From: Clostridia bacterium
Lineage (GTDB): Bacteria; Bacillota; Clostridia; TANB77; CAG-508
Direction of reading: 5' to 3'
Assembly (NCBI GenBank): GCA_022790975.1
Contig: JAAVYF010000021.1
Span: 19,605-83,604 of the forward strand
DNA: 64,000 nt
Of this stretch, positions 45,863 to 58,515 are shown piece by piece. The notes beneath the pieces are model-generated. The model had not been told where the DNA came from. It ran no database searches and saw nothing but the letters and a program-made list of their open reading frames with translations. A program made the translations under genes and the position numbers. How positions within the stretch are numbered: position 1 is the first letter of the stretch; the number at the start of each line of letters is the position of its first letter.

Positions 45863-46681
45863 TTGGACATAAATTTAAAAAAAAATAAAATTCTCACTAT
45901 AATTATCTTGCTGGTAATTATAGCTATAATTGTATATGTGTATTACAAAATAATTAGCATGTATAGAATTAATAATATTTTTGCAATAGAATCTGAAAAA
46001 TATGCAGATGAGGTTAATAATCCAGTTTTTAAAATAGAAAAAATATTAGTTTATAGTGATGCAAATGTTGAAGATTTAAGCGAAAATAAAAATCTTTCTA
46101 ATATTAATATTTCTCAATTTACAGATTTTGCAATATATCTAGATAATAATATTTTAAATTCAGAATTAACAGAAGAAAATACAATAAATAATATTTATAT
46201 TGATGAAATTTCAGTAACAAAATCAAATATTGGAAATCAAAAAATATTTTATAAAGATATAAATAATTTATGCAAATACGAAAAAATAAATGAAGATGTA
46301 AATAGAATTGATTATTCTGTTATTCATACAAATGAAGATAAAGAAAAACATCAAGAGCCAAATACATTTTATACAGACTGTTCTGAGCCAATTATAATTT
46401 CATATGTTAATGAAAATATAGTTGAAAATGAAGATGTTTCTAATTCTCAAGAAACATTTTCTTTAAATGGTTCTATGTTAAAATATTTAAATATTAATTT
46501 AGATGATTTAAACTATAAAATTTCTTTTACAATAAATATTGAAAATAATCTTGGTGAGAAATTTTATTGTAGAGTTTCATTAAATATTGATTTAAATAGT
46601 AGTGAAGGTGGAATTTACACAGGATATATTATGCAAATTCACGACTTAACAAATTCGGATTACAAATTTAAAAAGATTTAG
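45863..46681 (+). CDS. Hypothetical membrane-anchored protein
   Basis: 272-aa ORF with an N-terminal TM helix; no domain recognised. Confidence 0.4.
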   Translation: MDINLKKNKILTIIILLVIIAIIVYVYYKIISMYRINNIFAIESEKYADEVNNPVFKIEKILVYSDANVEDLSENKNLSNINISQFTDFAIYLDNNILNSELTEENTINNIYIDEISVTKSNIGNQKIFYKDINNLCKYEKINEDVNRIDYSVIHTNEDKEKHQEPNTFYTDCSEPIIISYVNENIVENEDVSNSQETFSLNGSMLKYLNINLDDLNYKISFTINIENNLGEKFYCRVSLNIDLNSSEGGIYTGYIMQIHDLTNSDYKFKKI

Positions 46682-46703
46682 GTTACAAAAGAAGGGTAAA
46701 AAT

Positions 46704-47183
46704 ATGGAATTGGCAATAAGTTTAATAATAATTACAATTAGTATATTAATTTCTTATGTTTTAATAATTGATTATATAAGAAAGGGAAAATATAAAGTTA
46801 AAGATGATGCAAGTATTTTATCAAAAGAAGCAGAAGATAGATATTTTAAAGAGTTTCCAGAATATACTATTCAAGATTTAAAATTAGAAATTGAAAAAGT
46901 TGCTGATATTTTAATAAATAATGAATCTAGTAATAGGTATACAGAAGCTTTAAGGCAAAAAGCTAAAAATGATGATAAAATTAAAGTTCTGAAAGATTCT
47001 GTTGTAGATAAAGTAGAAATTATAAAATATGTAGATGGTGTTTTGAAAGCTAGAGTAAAATATAGAGATAATAATCATGAATATTCTTTAATTTTAAGTA
47101 TGAATACTGTAACAACAGGAAGAGTTTTTCTAAATAGTTATTATATATTTAAAGACAAGTTAACATTTGCTAGAGTATCTTAA
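46704..47183 (+). CDS. Hypothetical membrane-anchored protein
   Basis: 159-aa ORF with an N-terminal TM helix and an RBS. Confidence 0.4.
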   Translation: MELAISLIIITISILISYVLIIDYIRKGKYKVKDDASILSKEAEDRYFKEFPEYTIQDLKLEIEKVADILINNESSNRYTEALRQKAKNDDKIKVLKDSVVDKVEIIKYVDGVLKARVKYRDNNHEYSLILSMNTVTTGRVFLNSYYIFKDKLTFARVS

Positions 47184-47209
47184 AAAATATTATAAATATG
47201 GTTTAAAAT

Positions 47210-47262
47210 AACCCCAAATTATTAGACAAAAAGTTTAATGATTTGGGGCTGTTTTTGTTTTT
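47210..47262 (+). terminator. Rho-independent terminator
   Basis: CCCCAAAT / ATTTGGGG stem followed by CTGTTTTTGTTTTT. Confidence 0.6.
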
Positions 47263-47452
47263 ATGAATATATTTAAGAAAGTTTAAATAAAAAATAAAAT
47301 TTATAACTAGTATGACATAAATAAATTTTAAAAATAAAATTTAAAACTAATACGACTTAAATAAATTTTAATCACAAATTTTTCAATATAAAATGTATAA
47401 ATTTTCCAGAATAGTGAATATTATAAATATGAATAGTGGAGGTTTATAATTT

Positions 47453-49875
47453 ATGGTTTATAAGTTTACTAAAAGCGGAGAAAAAGTTATTGAGAATGCT
47501 AGTGATGTGGTGATTTACTTAGGGCATAATTATATTGGAAGTGAACATATTTTATATGGTTTAGCTAAAGAAAAAAATGGTGTAGCTCATAAAGTATTGG
47601 AAAAGCAAGGAATCTATGCAGATTTAATATTAAGAAAAATAGAAGAGATTATAGGTAAGTCTAATATAATAATTAGTAATGGAGTTGGATTTACACCTAG
47701 AAGTAAAAAGATTATTGAAAATGCATATGTTGAATCTAAACAAATTGGTTCAGATTATATTAGTACAGAGCATTTATTAATTGGTCTTTTGCAAGAAGAA
47801 GATAGTGTAGCATTTAAAATTTTAATAGAATTAAACTGTAATATGGATAAAATGTATAATGAGATTTTAAATGTATTAAATGAGTATGGAGATACAGATA
47901 ATTCTAAAAATGATAAAAATAATAAGTCTTTAGGAAAAACATTAAATCAATACGGAACAGATTTAACTTTGAAAGCAAAAAATGGAAAATTAGATCCAGT
48001 AATACGGAAGACAAAAAGAAACAGAAAGAGTAATAGAAATTTTATCTAGAAGAACAAAGAATAATCCATGTTTAATTGGGGAACCTGGTGTTGGAAAAAC
48101 GGCTGTAGTAGAAGGACTGGCTGAGAAAATAGTTGCAGGAGAAGTACCTAATAATTTAAAAGACAAAAGAATTGTGGTTTTAGATATTCCATCAATGGTT
48201 GCAGGAGCTAAATATAGAGGTGATTTTGAAGAACGTATAAAAAAGGCTTTAGCAGAAGTAAAAGATTTAGCAGATGTAATATTATTTATAGATGAAATTC
48301 ATATAATTGTTGGAGCAGGAGCTGCAGAGGGAGCTATAGATGCTGCAAACATTTTAAAACCATTACTTGCAAGGGGAGAAATTCAAGTGATTGGTGCAAC
48401 TACTATAAATGAATATAGAAAATATATAGAAAAAGATAGTGCATTAGAAAGAAGATTCCAATCTATTTTAATTAATGAGCCTACAGTAGAAGAAACAAAA
48501 GAAATTTTAACAGGACTTAGAGATAAATATGAAGCTCATCATAATACACAAATAACTGATGAAGCAATTAATGCTGCTGTTGAACTTTCATCAAGATATA
48601 TACATGATAGATTTTTGCCAGATAAAGCTATTGATTTAATAGACGAAGCTTCTGCAAAAGCTAAGTTTCGTGAAATAAAAAAACCAAATGAGTTATTAAA
48701 TTTAGAGGAACGTATAGCTAATTTAGAAGTTGAAAAAGAAGAAGCAATAAATGTACAAGATTTTGAAAAAGCAGCAAGAATACGTGATGATATAAATAAT
48801 TTAAAAAATGAGATAGATATTGAAAATAAAAAATGGAATAATGAAAGTAAGGTAAAATTAATAAGAGTTTTAAGAGATGATGTTGCAACTGTTGTTGCAG
48901 ATAGCACTGGTATTCAAGTAAATAAAATTACAGAAGGAGAAAATATTAAATTAAGAAATTTAGAATTAGAATTACACAAACGAGTTATTGGTCAAGATGA
49001 AGCAGTTTTAAGTGTAGCAAAAGCAATTAGAAGAGGGAGAACTGGTTTAAATGATGAAAAAAGACCAATAGGTTCATTTTTGTTTTTAGGTCCAACTGGT
49101 GTTGGGAAAACAGAATTAACAAAAGCTTTAACAGAGTGTTTGTTTGATGATGAAGAAGCACTTATTAGATTAGATATGTCAGAATATATGGAAGCAAATG
49201 CTGTTTCTAAATTAATTGGTTCACCTCCAGGATATATAGGCTATGAAGAAAATGGTGGCTTAACAGAAAAGGTAAGAAGAAAGCCATATTCAGTAATTTT
49301 ATTTGATGAAATAGAAAAAGCTCATTTTGATATTATGAATATTTTATTACAGATTTTAGATGATGGTAGATTAACAGATAATTTAGGAAGAACAGTAAGT
49401 TTTAAAAATACTGTAATTATTATGACTTCAAATGTAGGAGCAAAGCAAATACTTAGTAAAAAGAAATTAGGTTTTTCAGAAAAAATAAAACAAGAAGAGG
49501 AATATGAAAATTTAAAAAATGATGTGTTAAAAGAGGTAAGAGATAATTTTAGACCAGAATTTTTAAATAGAATAGATGAGATTATAGTTTTTCAAAAATT
49601 AAATCAAGATGAAATGAAAAAAATTACAGAAATAATGTTAAATCAAGTTTCAGAAAGATTAAAAAAACAAAATATAACTGTTAATTTTGAAAAAAGTGTA
49701 GAAGATTTAATAATAGATTCAATAGAAGATTCACGGATATGGTGCAAGGCCTATTAGAAGATTAATTCAAAATTTAGTAGAAGATAAAATTGTTGATGAA
49801 TATCTTAATGGGAAAATTTATGAAAATATGACAGTAACCGCTTTTTCTCAGGATAATGGGTTGTATTTTAAGTAA
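47453..49875 (+). CDS. clpC: ATP-dependent Clp ATPase ClpC, frameshifted by C insertions at 48005 and 49734
   Basis: Clp_N repeats, two AAA modules ([18 protein letters not shown]) and a UVR-like linker. Deleting C48005 restores [35 protein letters not shown]; deleting C49734 restores DSGYGARPIRRLIQN...GLYFK*. Confidence 0.88.
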
Positions 49876-49900
49876 AAGTTTTATACCTTTACTCATAAAG

Positions 49901-49935
49901 AAAGCAGGATGAGTTAACATCTTGCTTTTTATTTT
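49901..49935 (+). terminator. Rho-independent terminator
   Basis: AGCAGGATG / CATCTTGCT stem followed by TTTTATTTT. Confidence 0.6.
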
Positions 49936-50117
49936 AGGCAATTTTAAAATTTGAATTAGTTACTAAAATCTTAAAAAAGATGTAGATTTTTATGTTTTTA
50001 AGAATAGTACCATACTTGTTATACAATAAGTTTAATAAGTATGGATATTTTTATGTCTAAATATTTAAATGAATTTAAGGTTATAAGCAATTTAATATTA
50101 CATTTTTGTAAAAAATA

Positions 50118-50173
50118 TTGACAATTGAACATATATTCAACTATAATATAGTAAAGGTTGAACATATACTCAA
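50118..50173 (+). promoter_or_regulatory. Promoter (TTGACA-18-TATAAT) overlapped by two 12-2-12-type ArsR/SmtB-family operator palindromes
   Basis: -35 at 50118-50123 and -10 at 50142-50147. Operator 1 is TTGAACATATATTCAA at 50125-50140, between -35 and -10. Operator 2 is TTGAACATATACTCAA at 50158-50173. Both are near-perfect palindromes of the TGAACA..TGTTCA kind used by CzrA/CadC-like repressors. Confidence 0.6.
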
Positions 50174-50346
50174 CTAATGCATAATATAGTATATAATAAG
50201 ATTTAGTTTAAAAATATTTCTTACTATTAAGAGTTAAAGTTCATAGTACTAATATAGACGATTATATTGTAAATTAATATAATTATCTAAAAGGTTTATG
50301 GGTAACCTAAAAAAATCCAAATATATCTAAAGGAATGAAATTTTAT

Positions 50347-50710
50347 ATGTCAAAAAATGAATTTGTATGTGATTGCAATATAATACATGAAGATATTGTT
50401 ACAAATACCAAAAAACAAATGGCAGATGAAGATGTTTTTAATAAACTTGCAGAGTTTTTCAAAATTCTTGGAGATACAACTAGAGTAAAAATTCTTTTTG
50501 CTATTGATAAAAATGAAATGTGTGTATGTGATATTGCTAATGTTTTAAATATGAGTAAATCTTCTATTTCTCATCAATTAGGAACACTAAGAAGAACTGG
50601 AATTGTTAAATGTAGAAAAGTTCGGAAAAGAAGTTTTTTATAGTTTAGATGATGAACATGTTAAAGAGGTTTTTGAAGTTGGAATTGAACATATAGAGCA
50701 TAGAAGATAG
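50347..50710 (+). CDS. cadC: ArsR/SmtB-family metalloregulator (CadC-like), frameshifted by a C insertion at 50623
   Basis: N-terminal CDC pair and the CVCDIA motif in the DNA-binding helix region. The start is taken at ATG 50347, 11 nt after AGGAA. Deleting C50623 restores KCRKVGKEVFYSLDDEHV...EHRR*. Confidence 0.7.
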
Positions 50711-50832
50711 GTTTTAATAAAATATAATTTATTATGAACTATATGTTGAATTGAATAATTGAAATATAGTTTAATAGATATAATTTGAAAAAATTATTAA
50801 GTATGCCAAAAAAGAAAGGAATGTGATTTATT

Positions 50833-51054
50833 ATGAAATATAATTTTAGAATAAAAGGTATAGACTGTGCTAATTGTGCAGCAGAATTAGAAAGAGATAT
50901 TCAAAAAATATCAGGAGTAAAATCAGCATCTATTAGTTTTATGACTGAAAAAATGATTATTGAATGTGAAGAAAATGAAAAAGATGAAGTAATTAAAAAA
51001 ATTCAAAAACTTGTAAAAAAAGAAGAACCTGACGCTATAATGAAAGAAATTTGA
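50833..51054 (+). CDS. Stand-alone heavy-metal-associated (HMA) domain protein
   Basis: 73 aa with a GIDCANCA metal-binding loop. It corresponds to the N-terminal HMA domain of CadA-type ATPases but is a separate ORF 143 bp upstream of the ATPase core. Confidence 0.6.
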   Translation: MKYNFRIKGIDCANCAAELERDIQKISGVKSASISFMTEKMIIECEENEKDEVIKKIQKLVKKEEPDAIMKEI

Positions 51055-51197
51055 AAATTATAAAATGAATTTATAAAGTTATAAGTATAGATTTAAAATT
51101 TCATTATATAAAATAAATTACTTAAATTAATTATAAAAAATAGTAGTTAAAAAGTATTTTATTATATGTTATAAAAAAGAAAGGAATTAAAAATATT

Positions 51198-53047
51198 ATG
51201 AAAAAGAGAGGAATTAAAATAATAATAGCATTTATTTTTTATATAATAGCAATTATTATATCACATATAGAAAAAATAAATAATATTTGGATTTCTAATA
51301 GTATTTTCATAATTAGTTATTTAATTGTTGGTTTAGATATTTTAAAAAGAGCATTAAGAAATATACTTAGAGGAAAAGTTTTTGATGAAAATTTTTTAAT
51401 GACAATTGCAACTATTGGTGCATTTGGAATAGGAGAGTTTCCAGAAGCTGTTGCTGTAATGCTTTTTTATCAAGTTGGAGAATGGTTTCAATCATATAGT
51501 GTTAATAAATCCAGAAAATCTATATCATCTTTAATGGATATTAGACCAGATTATGCTAATTTGAAAAAAGAAAATGGAATAGAAAAAGTTGACCCAGATG
51601 AAGTTAAAATAGGAGATATAATACTTGTAAAACCTGGTGAAAAAATTCCTTTAGATGGAATAGTAGTTGATGGAACTTCAATGCTTGATACAAAAGCTTT
51701 AACTGGAGAAGCAATTCCTAGAAAAGTTAAAATTCAAGATGAAGTTTTAAGTGGATGTATAAATCAAGATGGTGTAATTGAAATTAAAGTGACTAAAGAA
51801 TTTGGAGAATCAACAGTTAGTAAAATTCTAGAATTAGTAGAAAATGCAAGTAGTAATAAATCTAAATCAGAAAATTTTATTACAAAATTTGCAAAATATT
51901 ATACTCCAGCTGTTGTAATAATTGCAGTAGTTTTAGCGGTTGTTCCTCCATTAATAATATCTGGAGCTGAATTTTCAAAATGGCTATATAGAGCTTTATC
52001 ATTTTTAGTTGTAAGCTGTCCATGTGCATTAGTAATTTCTATTCCACTTAGCTTTTTTGGAGGAATTGGAGGTGCTTCAAAAATAGGAGTTCTTATTAAA
52101 GGAAGTAATTATCTTGAGGCATTATCAAGCACAGAAATTACTGTATTTGATAAAACTGGAACTTTAACAAAAGGAGTATTTGAAGTTCAAAAAGTTGAAG
52201 CAAAGCAAATAGAAAAAGAAGAACTAATAAAATTTAGTGCATATGCAGAATATTATTCTAATCATCCAATTGCAAAATCAATTAAAAATGCTTATGGAAA
52301 AGAAATTGATAAAACTAAAATTTTAAACACTAAAGAAATTTCTGGTGAGGGAATTAGAACTACAGTTTATGAAAAAGAAGTTTTAATTGGAAATGCTAAA
52401 CTTATGATTTCAAATAATATAAAATATGAAGAATGTAAAGAAATTGGAACAATATTATATGTTGCAATTGATAAAGTATATGTAGGTTATATTTTAATAG
52501 CAGATGAAATTAAACAAGATGCTAGAAAAACAATAGAAGTTTTAAAAAATAATGGTATAAAACAAACTGTAATGTTAACTCGGAGATAGAAAAGATGTAG
52601 CAGAAAATGTATGTCAAAGTTTAAAAATAGATACAGTATATAGTGAACTTTTACCAGATGGAAAGGTGGAAAAGATACAAGAACTATTAAATAAAAAATC
52701 AGAAAAAGGAAAACTTGTATTTGTTGGAGATGGAATTAATGATGCACCAGTTTTAGCAATTTCAGATATTGGAATAGCAATGGGAGCTATGCGGTTCTGA
52801 TGCTGCAATAGAAGCTGCAGATATTGTTATTATGACAGATGAACCCTCTAAAATTGGAGAAGCAATATCACTTTCAAAAAGAACTATGAGAATTGTAAAA
52901 GAAAATATTATATTTGCAATTTTTGTTAAAGTTTTAATATTAGTTTTAAGTGCTTTAGGTAAGTCAAATATGTGGCAAGCTGTATTTGCTGATGTTGGAG
53001 TATCTGTTATAGCAATTTTAAATGCACTAAGAGTACTTAAAGTATAA
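51198..53047 (+). CDS. cadA: Cd/Zn/Co-type P1B ATPase core, frameshifted by C insertions at 52581 and 52792
   Basis: The TM CPC motif (SCPCALVIS), DKTGTLT and GDGINDAP. Deleting C52581 gives MLTGDRKDVAEN and deleting C52792 gives GAMGSDAAIEAADIV. Confidence 0.82.
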
Positions 53048-53639
53048 TAAAAAATATAGTAAAATAACAATTAAGCAAGTTTTTTTAAATAAAAGATAGA
53101 AAATTAAAGCAGTAGAATTAATGTAAAAAATTGACTTAAAAAATAAATTTAATGAAATTTATTTAAAAAAGCAAAATTAAAAAACTTTATAAATAGTAAA
53201 ATTAAATTACCGTTTTAATAAAAGTAAAAAGACACAAAATTAAAGAATTTTTGAAAAAGTATTGACTTATTATCAAAAATAGTGTTTAATAATTATACTA
53301 ATCATAGGTTACTATGTTCTTTGGGATTGAAAAAGCTAATTTTTTAATTACTGAAGACATTAATTATCAACCAATAAGATTTCTAGTTAACTCTGGAAAT
53401 CTTTTTTTATTTTTAAAAATTGTATTTGTTAAAATGCTAAATAAATTTTATTTTTATATAATAGTAAAAATGTATATATATTAATTAAATTATTTATTAA
53501 ATTGTATAGTTTAAATGTTGTTTTTTTTGTAATAAAAAAGTAATAGAAATCTTATTGAAAATATAGTGAAATAAGTGTTATTATAAATATATATATTACT
53601 TTTAATATAATGGATTTATAAACAAAGGAGGAAAGAAAA

Positions 53640-55545
53640 ATGTTAAAAAAGCAGAATGGTATAACTTTGGTAGCACTAGTTATAACAATAATTATTTTGC
53701 TTATTTTAGCTACAATATCAATACATGCGCTTTTTGATTCAGATTTAATAGGAAGAGCTAAACAAGCGACAGATAAACATAATGAAGCAGCAGATAAAGA
53801 AACCAAAGATATTGATGATCTTGATTCAAAACTTAAAGATAATGGAAATAAAAAAAACGGAAAGCTTATTATTGATTTGACAGTATATGACATTTATCCA
53901 GAATATGATGCTGGTGTAATAAAAGGAGATTGTGTATTAGCTATTTATAAAGATGAAAACTTAACAGAATTTGTAAAAAGAATTAATATAACATCTGATG
54001 ATTATGATGGAATACATAGTTATGTAACTGATAATACATTGGAAGCAGGAACATATTATGTTGTAGAAGAATCCATGAAAGGGTATAATCTTGGTACATA
54101 TATATGTGATATTATTGACGGAGAAGAGAATGTTTGGACAATTTCTCATCAATATAATTATCTAGTACCTTCAAGTGGACCAGCAGATTTAATAACACAT
54201 GAAAATGAAAAGAGAATATCTGATTATGAAGAATATTCTAACAGCCAAATTAGTGTATCTTTTAAAAATTTAGGATATATATTGAATGATTATAATTTGG
54301 TTGACGATTATACCGAATATTTACATGAAAATTCTGAATTATTTAATATTAATATCTATGAAGTTGCAACTTATGATAAAGATAATGATAAATACATATA
54401 TAGAGAAGAACTATATGGACAAGGTATTAGAAATATAACAACAACAGCAGTTACATCAGATAATGACAAATGCAGAGGATGTTCAGATATATGTTATATG
54501 TTAAAAGAAGAGTTAGATAAACGTGGAGTTGAATTTCAAAATATTAAAGAGGGAGAAAAAACATATTTAAAAGGTAATGGGGTTTATTTAATTACATTTG
54601 ACTTTACTGTTACAGATTATTATCAATATTATTCACCATCTTATATATTTGTTCCTGCTTTATATGAAAATGAAAATACATATTGCTTTGATTTTGATAC
54701 GTCAGTTCTTTGGTATGAGAAAATATTAACATCAATAGAAATTTATAATAATGTAATTAATCCTACAGTAAGAGATAATGAAACATTTGTATATAATATA
54801 AGAGCATATAAAGGGGATGAACAAGTATTTTCAAAGTTTGTAAGTATGGTATGTGATTTATCAGAAGAAAATCAACAACATAATATCGTATTAGAAGATA
54901 TTGTAATAGTTGATGAAATTGAAACATTAGTTGATATAGGTAACTTTGAAGCTTTAATAGATAGATTTGAAATTGAACAGGTATACAGTGGAACTCATTT
55001 TATTTCGAGTATTCCTATAATAACTTCTGATATACGTCTTGGAGATGGAATTTATAGTGAGTTTAGTAATTATGAGGAAAATTACAAATTAAAAGGAAGT
55101 GTTGCAACAGACTTGTTTACTTATAATCAAGATGAAGAAAACTGGAATAGAGAATCTATAAGTACTACAAATTCAAAATTTACTAAAATACAATCTGAAT
55201 TTTCAGATTGGACTTATCATACAAAAATATCTGTAGATGATACAAATAGTGCAAAAGGTTCATATGTAAGAACAAAAGTATTTTCAAATGTAGATCTTAA
55301 TTTTGGACGGTGATAATAATTGGTATCAAAGTTCAGATGGATATTATGAATATAGTGATATTATAAAAGATGGAAATACAACAAATGAAATAACATTTAC
55401 CCTTGATGTTCCAGATGAAAATTCAATATATTTTTCAGAAGAAGATATTTCTGTTATTATAATTGCAGAAATTGTGAAGGCTGAAGTTGATGAAGATGGT
55501 TATACATATGCAGATTGGTATGGAATAGAAGATGATGGAGCTTAG
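53640..55545 (+). CDS. Second atypical prepilin-like large protein, frameshifted by a C insertion at 55308
   Basis: Leader MLKKQNG, then ITLVALVITIIILLILATISI; the same G-ITL(I/V)AL(I/V)IT N-terminus as the 16645 gene. About 635 aa after repair (FGGDNNWYQ...). Confidence 0.5.
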
Positions 55546-55803
55546 ATGAAGCATATTAAATAATAATAAAATAAATATTAAATATAAAACAAGATTTTTT
55601 AGAAAAGAAAATATTTCTAAAAAATCTTGTTTTTAATTTATAAAAAATCAATAAATTAATAAAATATTCAATAATTTTTATAAAAATTAAATCAATTTAC
55701 AAAACCAATAATGAATGATATAATATTTTTGATTAAAAAATATAAAATAGTATAAAAATAAATTTATATAAAGATTTTGAAATTAAAAGGGAGAAGATAT
55801 TTA

Positions 55804-58372
55804 ATGAGGGAAAAGTTTAATATACAAGGAATGACATGTAGTAGTTGTGTTTCTCATGTTGAAAAAGCAGTAAAAAAACTTAATGGAATAAAAAGCATTA
55901 ATGTAAATTTACTACAAAATATGATGATAGTTGAATATAATGAATCTGTTATTGATAGTAATATTATTATAGAGGCTGTTCAGGACGCTGGTTATGGAGC
56001 AAGCAAAATTTTAGAGAATAATAAAAAAGTAGATACCAAAAAAGAAAAATTTATTGATAATTCAGAAATAATAAATTCAATGAAAAAAAGATTAATTATT
56101 TCAATAATCTTTTGGGTTCCACTTATGTATGTTGCAATGTATCATATGTTTAATGAGTGGTTTGGAATTCCAATTCCAAATTTTATAAAAGAGTATTTTC
56201 ACGGAAATGAAAATCGGAATTATTTTTGGATTTACTCAATTCTTATTGTTAATACCAATTGTTTATGTTAATAGAAATTATTTTATTAGTGGATTTAAAA
56301 AACTTTTTAAGGGTAGTCCAAATATGGATTCACTAATTGCAATTGGAAGCTCTGCTGCTATTATTTATGGCATTTACGCTATTTACATGATTGGATATGG
56401 TTTAGGTCATAATAATATAAATTTAGTAGAAGAATTTGTTATGGATTTGTACTTTGAATCAGCAGGAACGATTTTAACATTAATTACAGTTGGAAAATAT
56501 CTCGAAGCAAAATCTAAAGGAAAAACTGGAGATGCGATTTCTAAATTAATAAATTTAGCTCCTAAAACAGCTTTAGTTTTAAAAAATAATGAGGAAATAG
56601 AAACCTCAGTAGATGATATAAAAAAAGATGATATCATTATAATTAAACCTGGAACAGGTATACCAGTTGATGGTTTAATTATAGAAGGAAATTCAAGTAT
56701 TGATGAAGCAAGTATTACAGGAGAAAGTTTACCTGTAGAAAAAACAATTGGAGATAATGTAATTTCTGGAACTTTTAATAAAAATGGTTCTTTTAAAATG
56801 AAAGCTACAAAAGTAGGTGAAGATACTACACTTAATCAAATTATAAACTTAGTAGAAGAAGCTGGAAATTCTAAAGCTCCTATATCAAGGTTAGCAGATA
56901 AAGTAAGTGGAGTATTTGTTCCAATAGTAATTACAATTAGTATTTTGGCTACAATTTTTTGGTTAATATATGGAGAGTCTATAGCGTTTGCATTAAGTAT
57001 TGGAATTGCAGTTTTAGTAATTAGTTGTCCATGTGCATTAGGGCTTGCAACACCTGTTGCAATTATGGTTGGAACAGGAAAAGGAGCTGAAAATGGTATT
57101 TTAATAAAATCAGCAGAAAGTTTAGAAAATTTGCATTCTATAAATACAGTAGTTTTAGATAAAACTGGTACTATAACAGAGGGAAAACCTAAAGTTACTA
57201 ATATAGTTAGTAATATTGAAGAAAAAAAGTTATTACAAATAGCATCAAGTTTAGAAAAAAATTCTGAGCATCCGCTAGCAGAAGCAATATTAGAAAAATC
57301 AAAAGAACTAAATTTAGATAGTATAAATGTTAAAGATTTTAAAGCAGTTTCTGGAAGAGGTGTTAGTCGGTTTAATAGAAAATAAAAAATACTTTGGACG
57401 GAAACTTAGCTTATATGAAAGAAAATAGCATTAATATAGATAATATAAATGCAGAAGAATTTTTAAATCAGGGTAAAACGGTTTTATATTTTGGAGATGA
57501 AAATAGAGTTCTTGGAATTATTGCAGTATCTGATACTATAAAAGAAACTAGTTATGATGCGATAAAAAATTTAAAAAAGCAGAATTTAGAAGTGGTAATG
57601 TTAACTGGAGATAATGAAAAATCTGCCAAAGCTATTGGAAATGAATTAGGAATTTCTAAAATAATTTCTGAAGTTTTACCACAAGATAAAGAAAAGGAAG
57701 TTGAAAAACTTCAAAAAGAAGGTAAAAAGGTTGCTTTTGTAGGAGATGGAATTAACGATAGTCCTGCACTAGTAAGAAGCGATGTAGGCTTAGCAATAGG
57801 CTCCGGAACTGATATAGCTATAGAATCAGCAGATATAGTTTTAATAAAAAATAGTTTAATAGATGTAGTAAATAGCATAAAGTTAAGTCGTGCTACTATA
57901 AATAATATTAAATTAAGTTTATTTTGGGCATTTATATATAATATTATAGGAATTCCAATTGCATCTCGGAGTATTTTATTTGAGTTTTGGATTAAAATTA
58001 AATCCAATGATTGGAGCTCTTGCTATGAGTATGAGTTCTGTATGTGTAGTTACAAATGCATTAAGACTTAAGAATTTTAAAACAATACCAATTCTTGAAA
58101 ATAAACAAGAAAGTTTTCAAAATCAAAAAGAATGTAAAATAGAAAATATAAAAGGAGAGAAAATTATGAAAAAAATATTTATTGAAGGAATGCAATGTAA
58201 TCATTGCAAAATGAGTGTAGAAAAGGCATTAAAAGAAATTGATGGAGTAGTAGAAGTTACTGTAAATTTAGAAGAAAAAAATGCTATTGTAGAATCAAAC
58301 AAACCAATAGATAATCAAAAAATTATAGATGTTATAAAAGATGCAGGCTTTGAAGTAAAATCAATTAATTAA
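55804..58372 (+). CDS. copA: Copper-translocating P1B ATPase with four C insertions (56215, 57368, 57399, 57967); the frame continues without a stop into a C-terminal CopZ-like HMA domain (possible separate start at 58166)
   Basis: N-terminal HMA (GMTCSSC), CPC (SCPCALG), DKTGTIT and GDGINDSPAL. Each deletion restores frame: NGIIFGFTQ, GVSGLIENKKYFGGNLAYMK, IASGVFYLSFGLKLNPMIGALAM. The last 68 codons (MKKIFIEGMQCNHC...) have their own RBS. Confidence 0.8.
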
Positions 58373-58515
58373 ACAGTTAGTTATAAATTTTATTTGGCTT
58401 TAATAGCAAATTTTAATATTACTGGATTTAGCTTTTTTTGTGTGATAAAATATATAAACATTAAAATAATTTAAAAAGTTTAAAATTTTCAAAAATAAAA
58501 ATGGAGGAAATAAAA

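Noticed and set aside
56201-56206. Possible additional C insertion at CACGGA in copA
   Set aside because: This CGG spans two in-frame codons (CAC GGA = H G) and removing the C would break the frame. The same holds for many other in-frame N-CG-GNN junctions (e.g. 26655 TCG GAT, 40806 TTC GGT, 61933 TCG GAA). Only sites where the frame demands it were counted.
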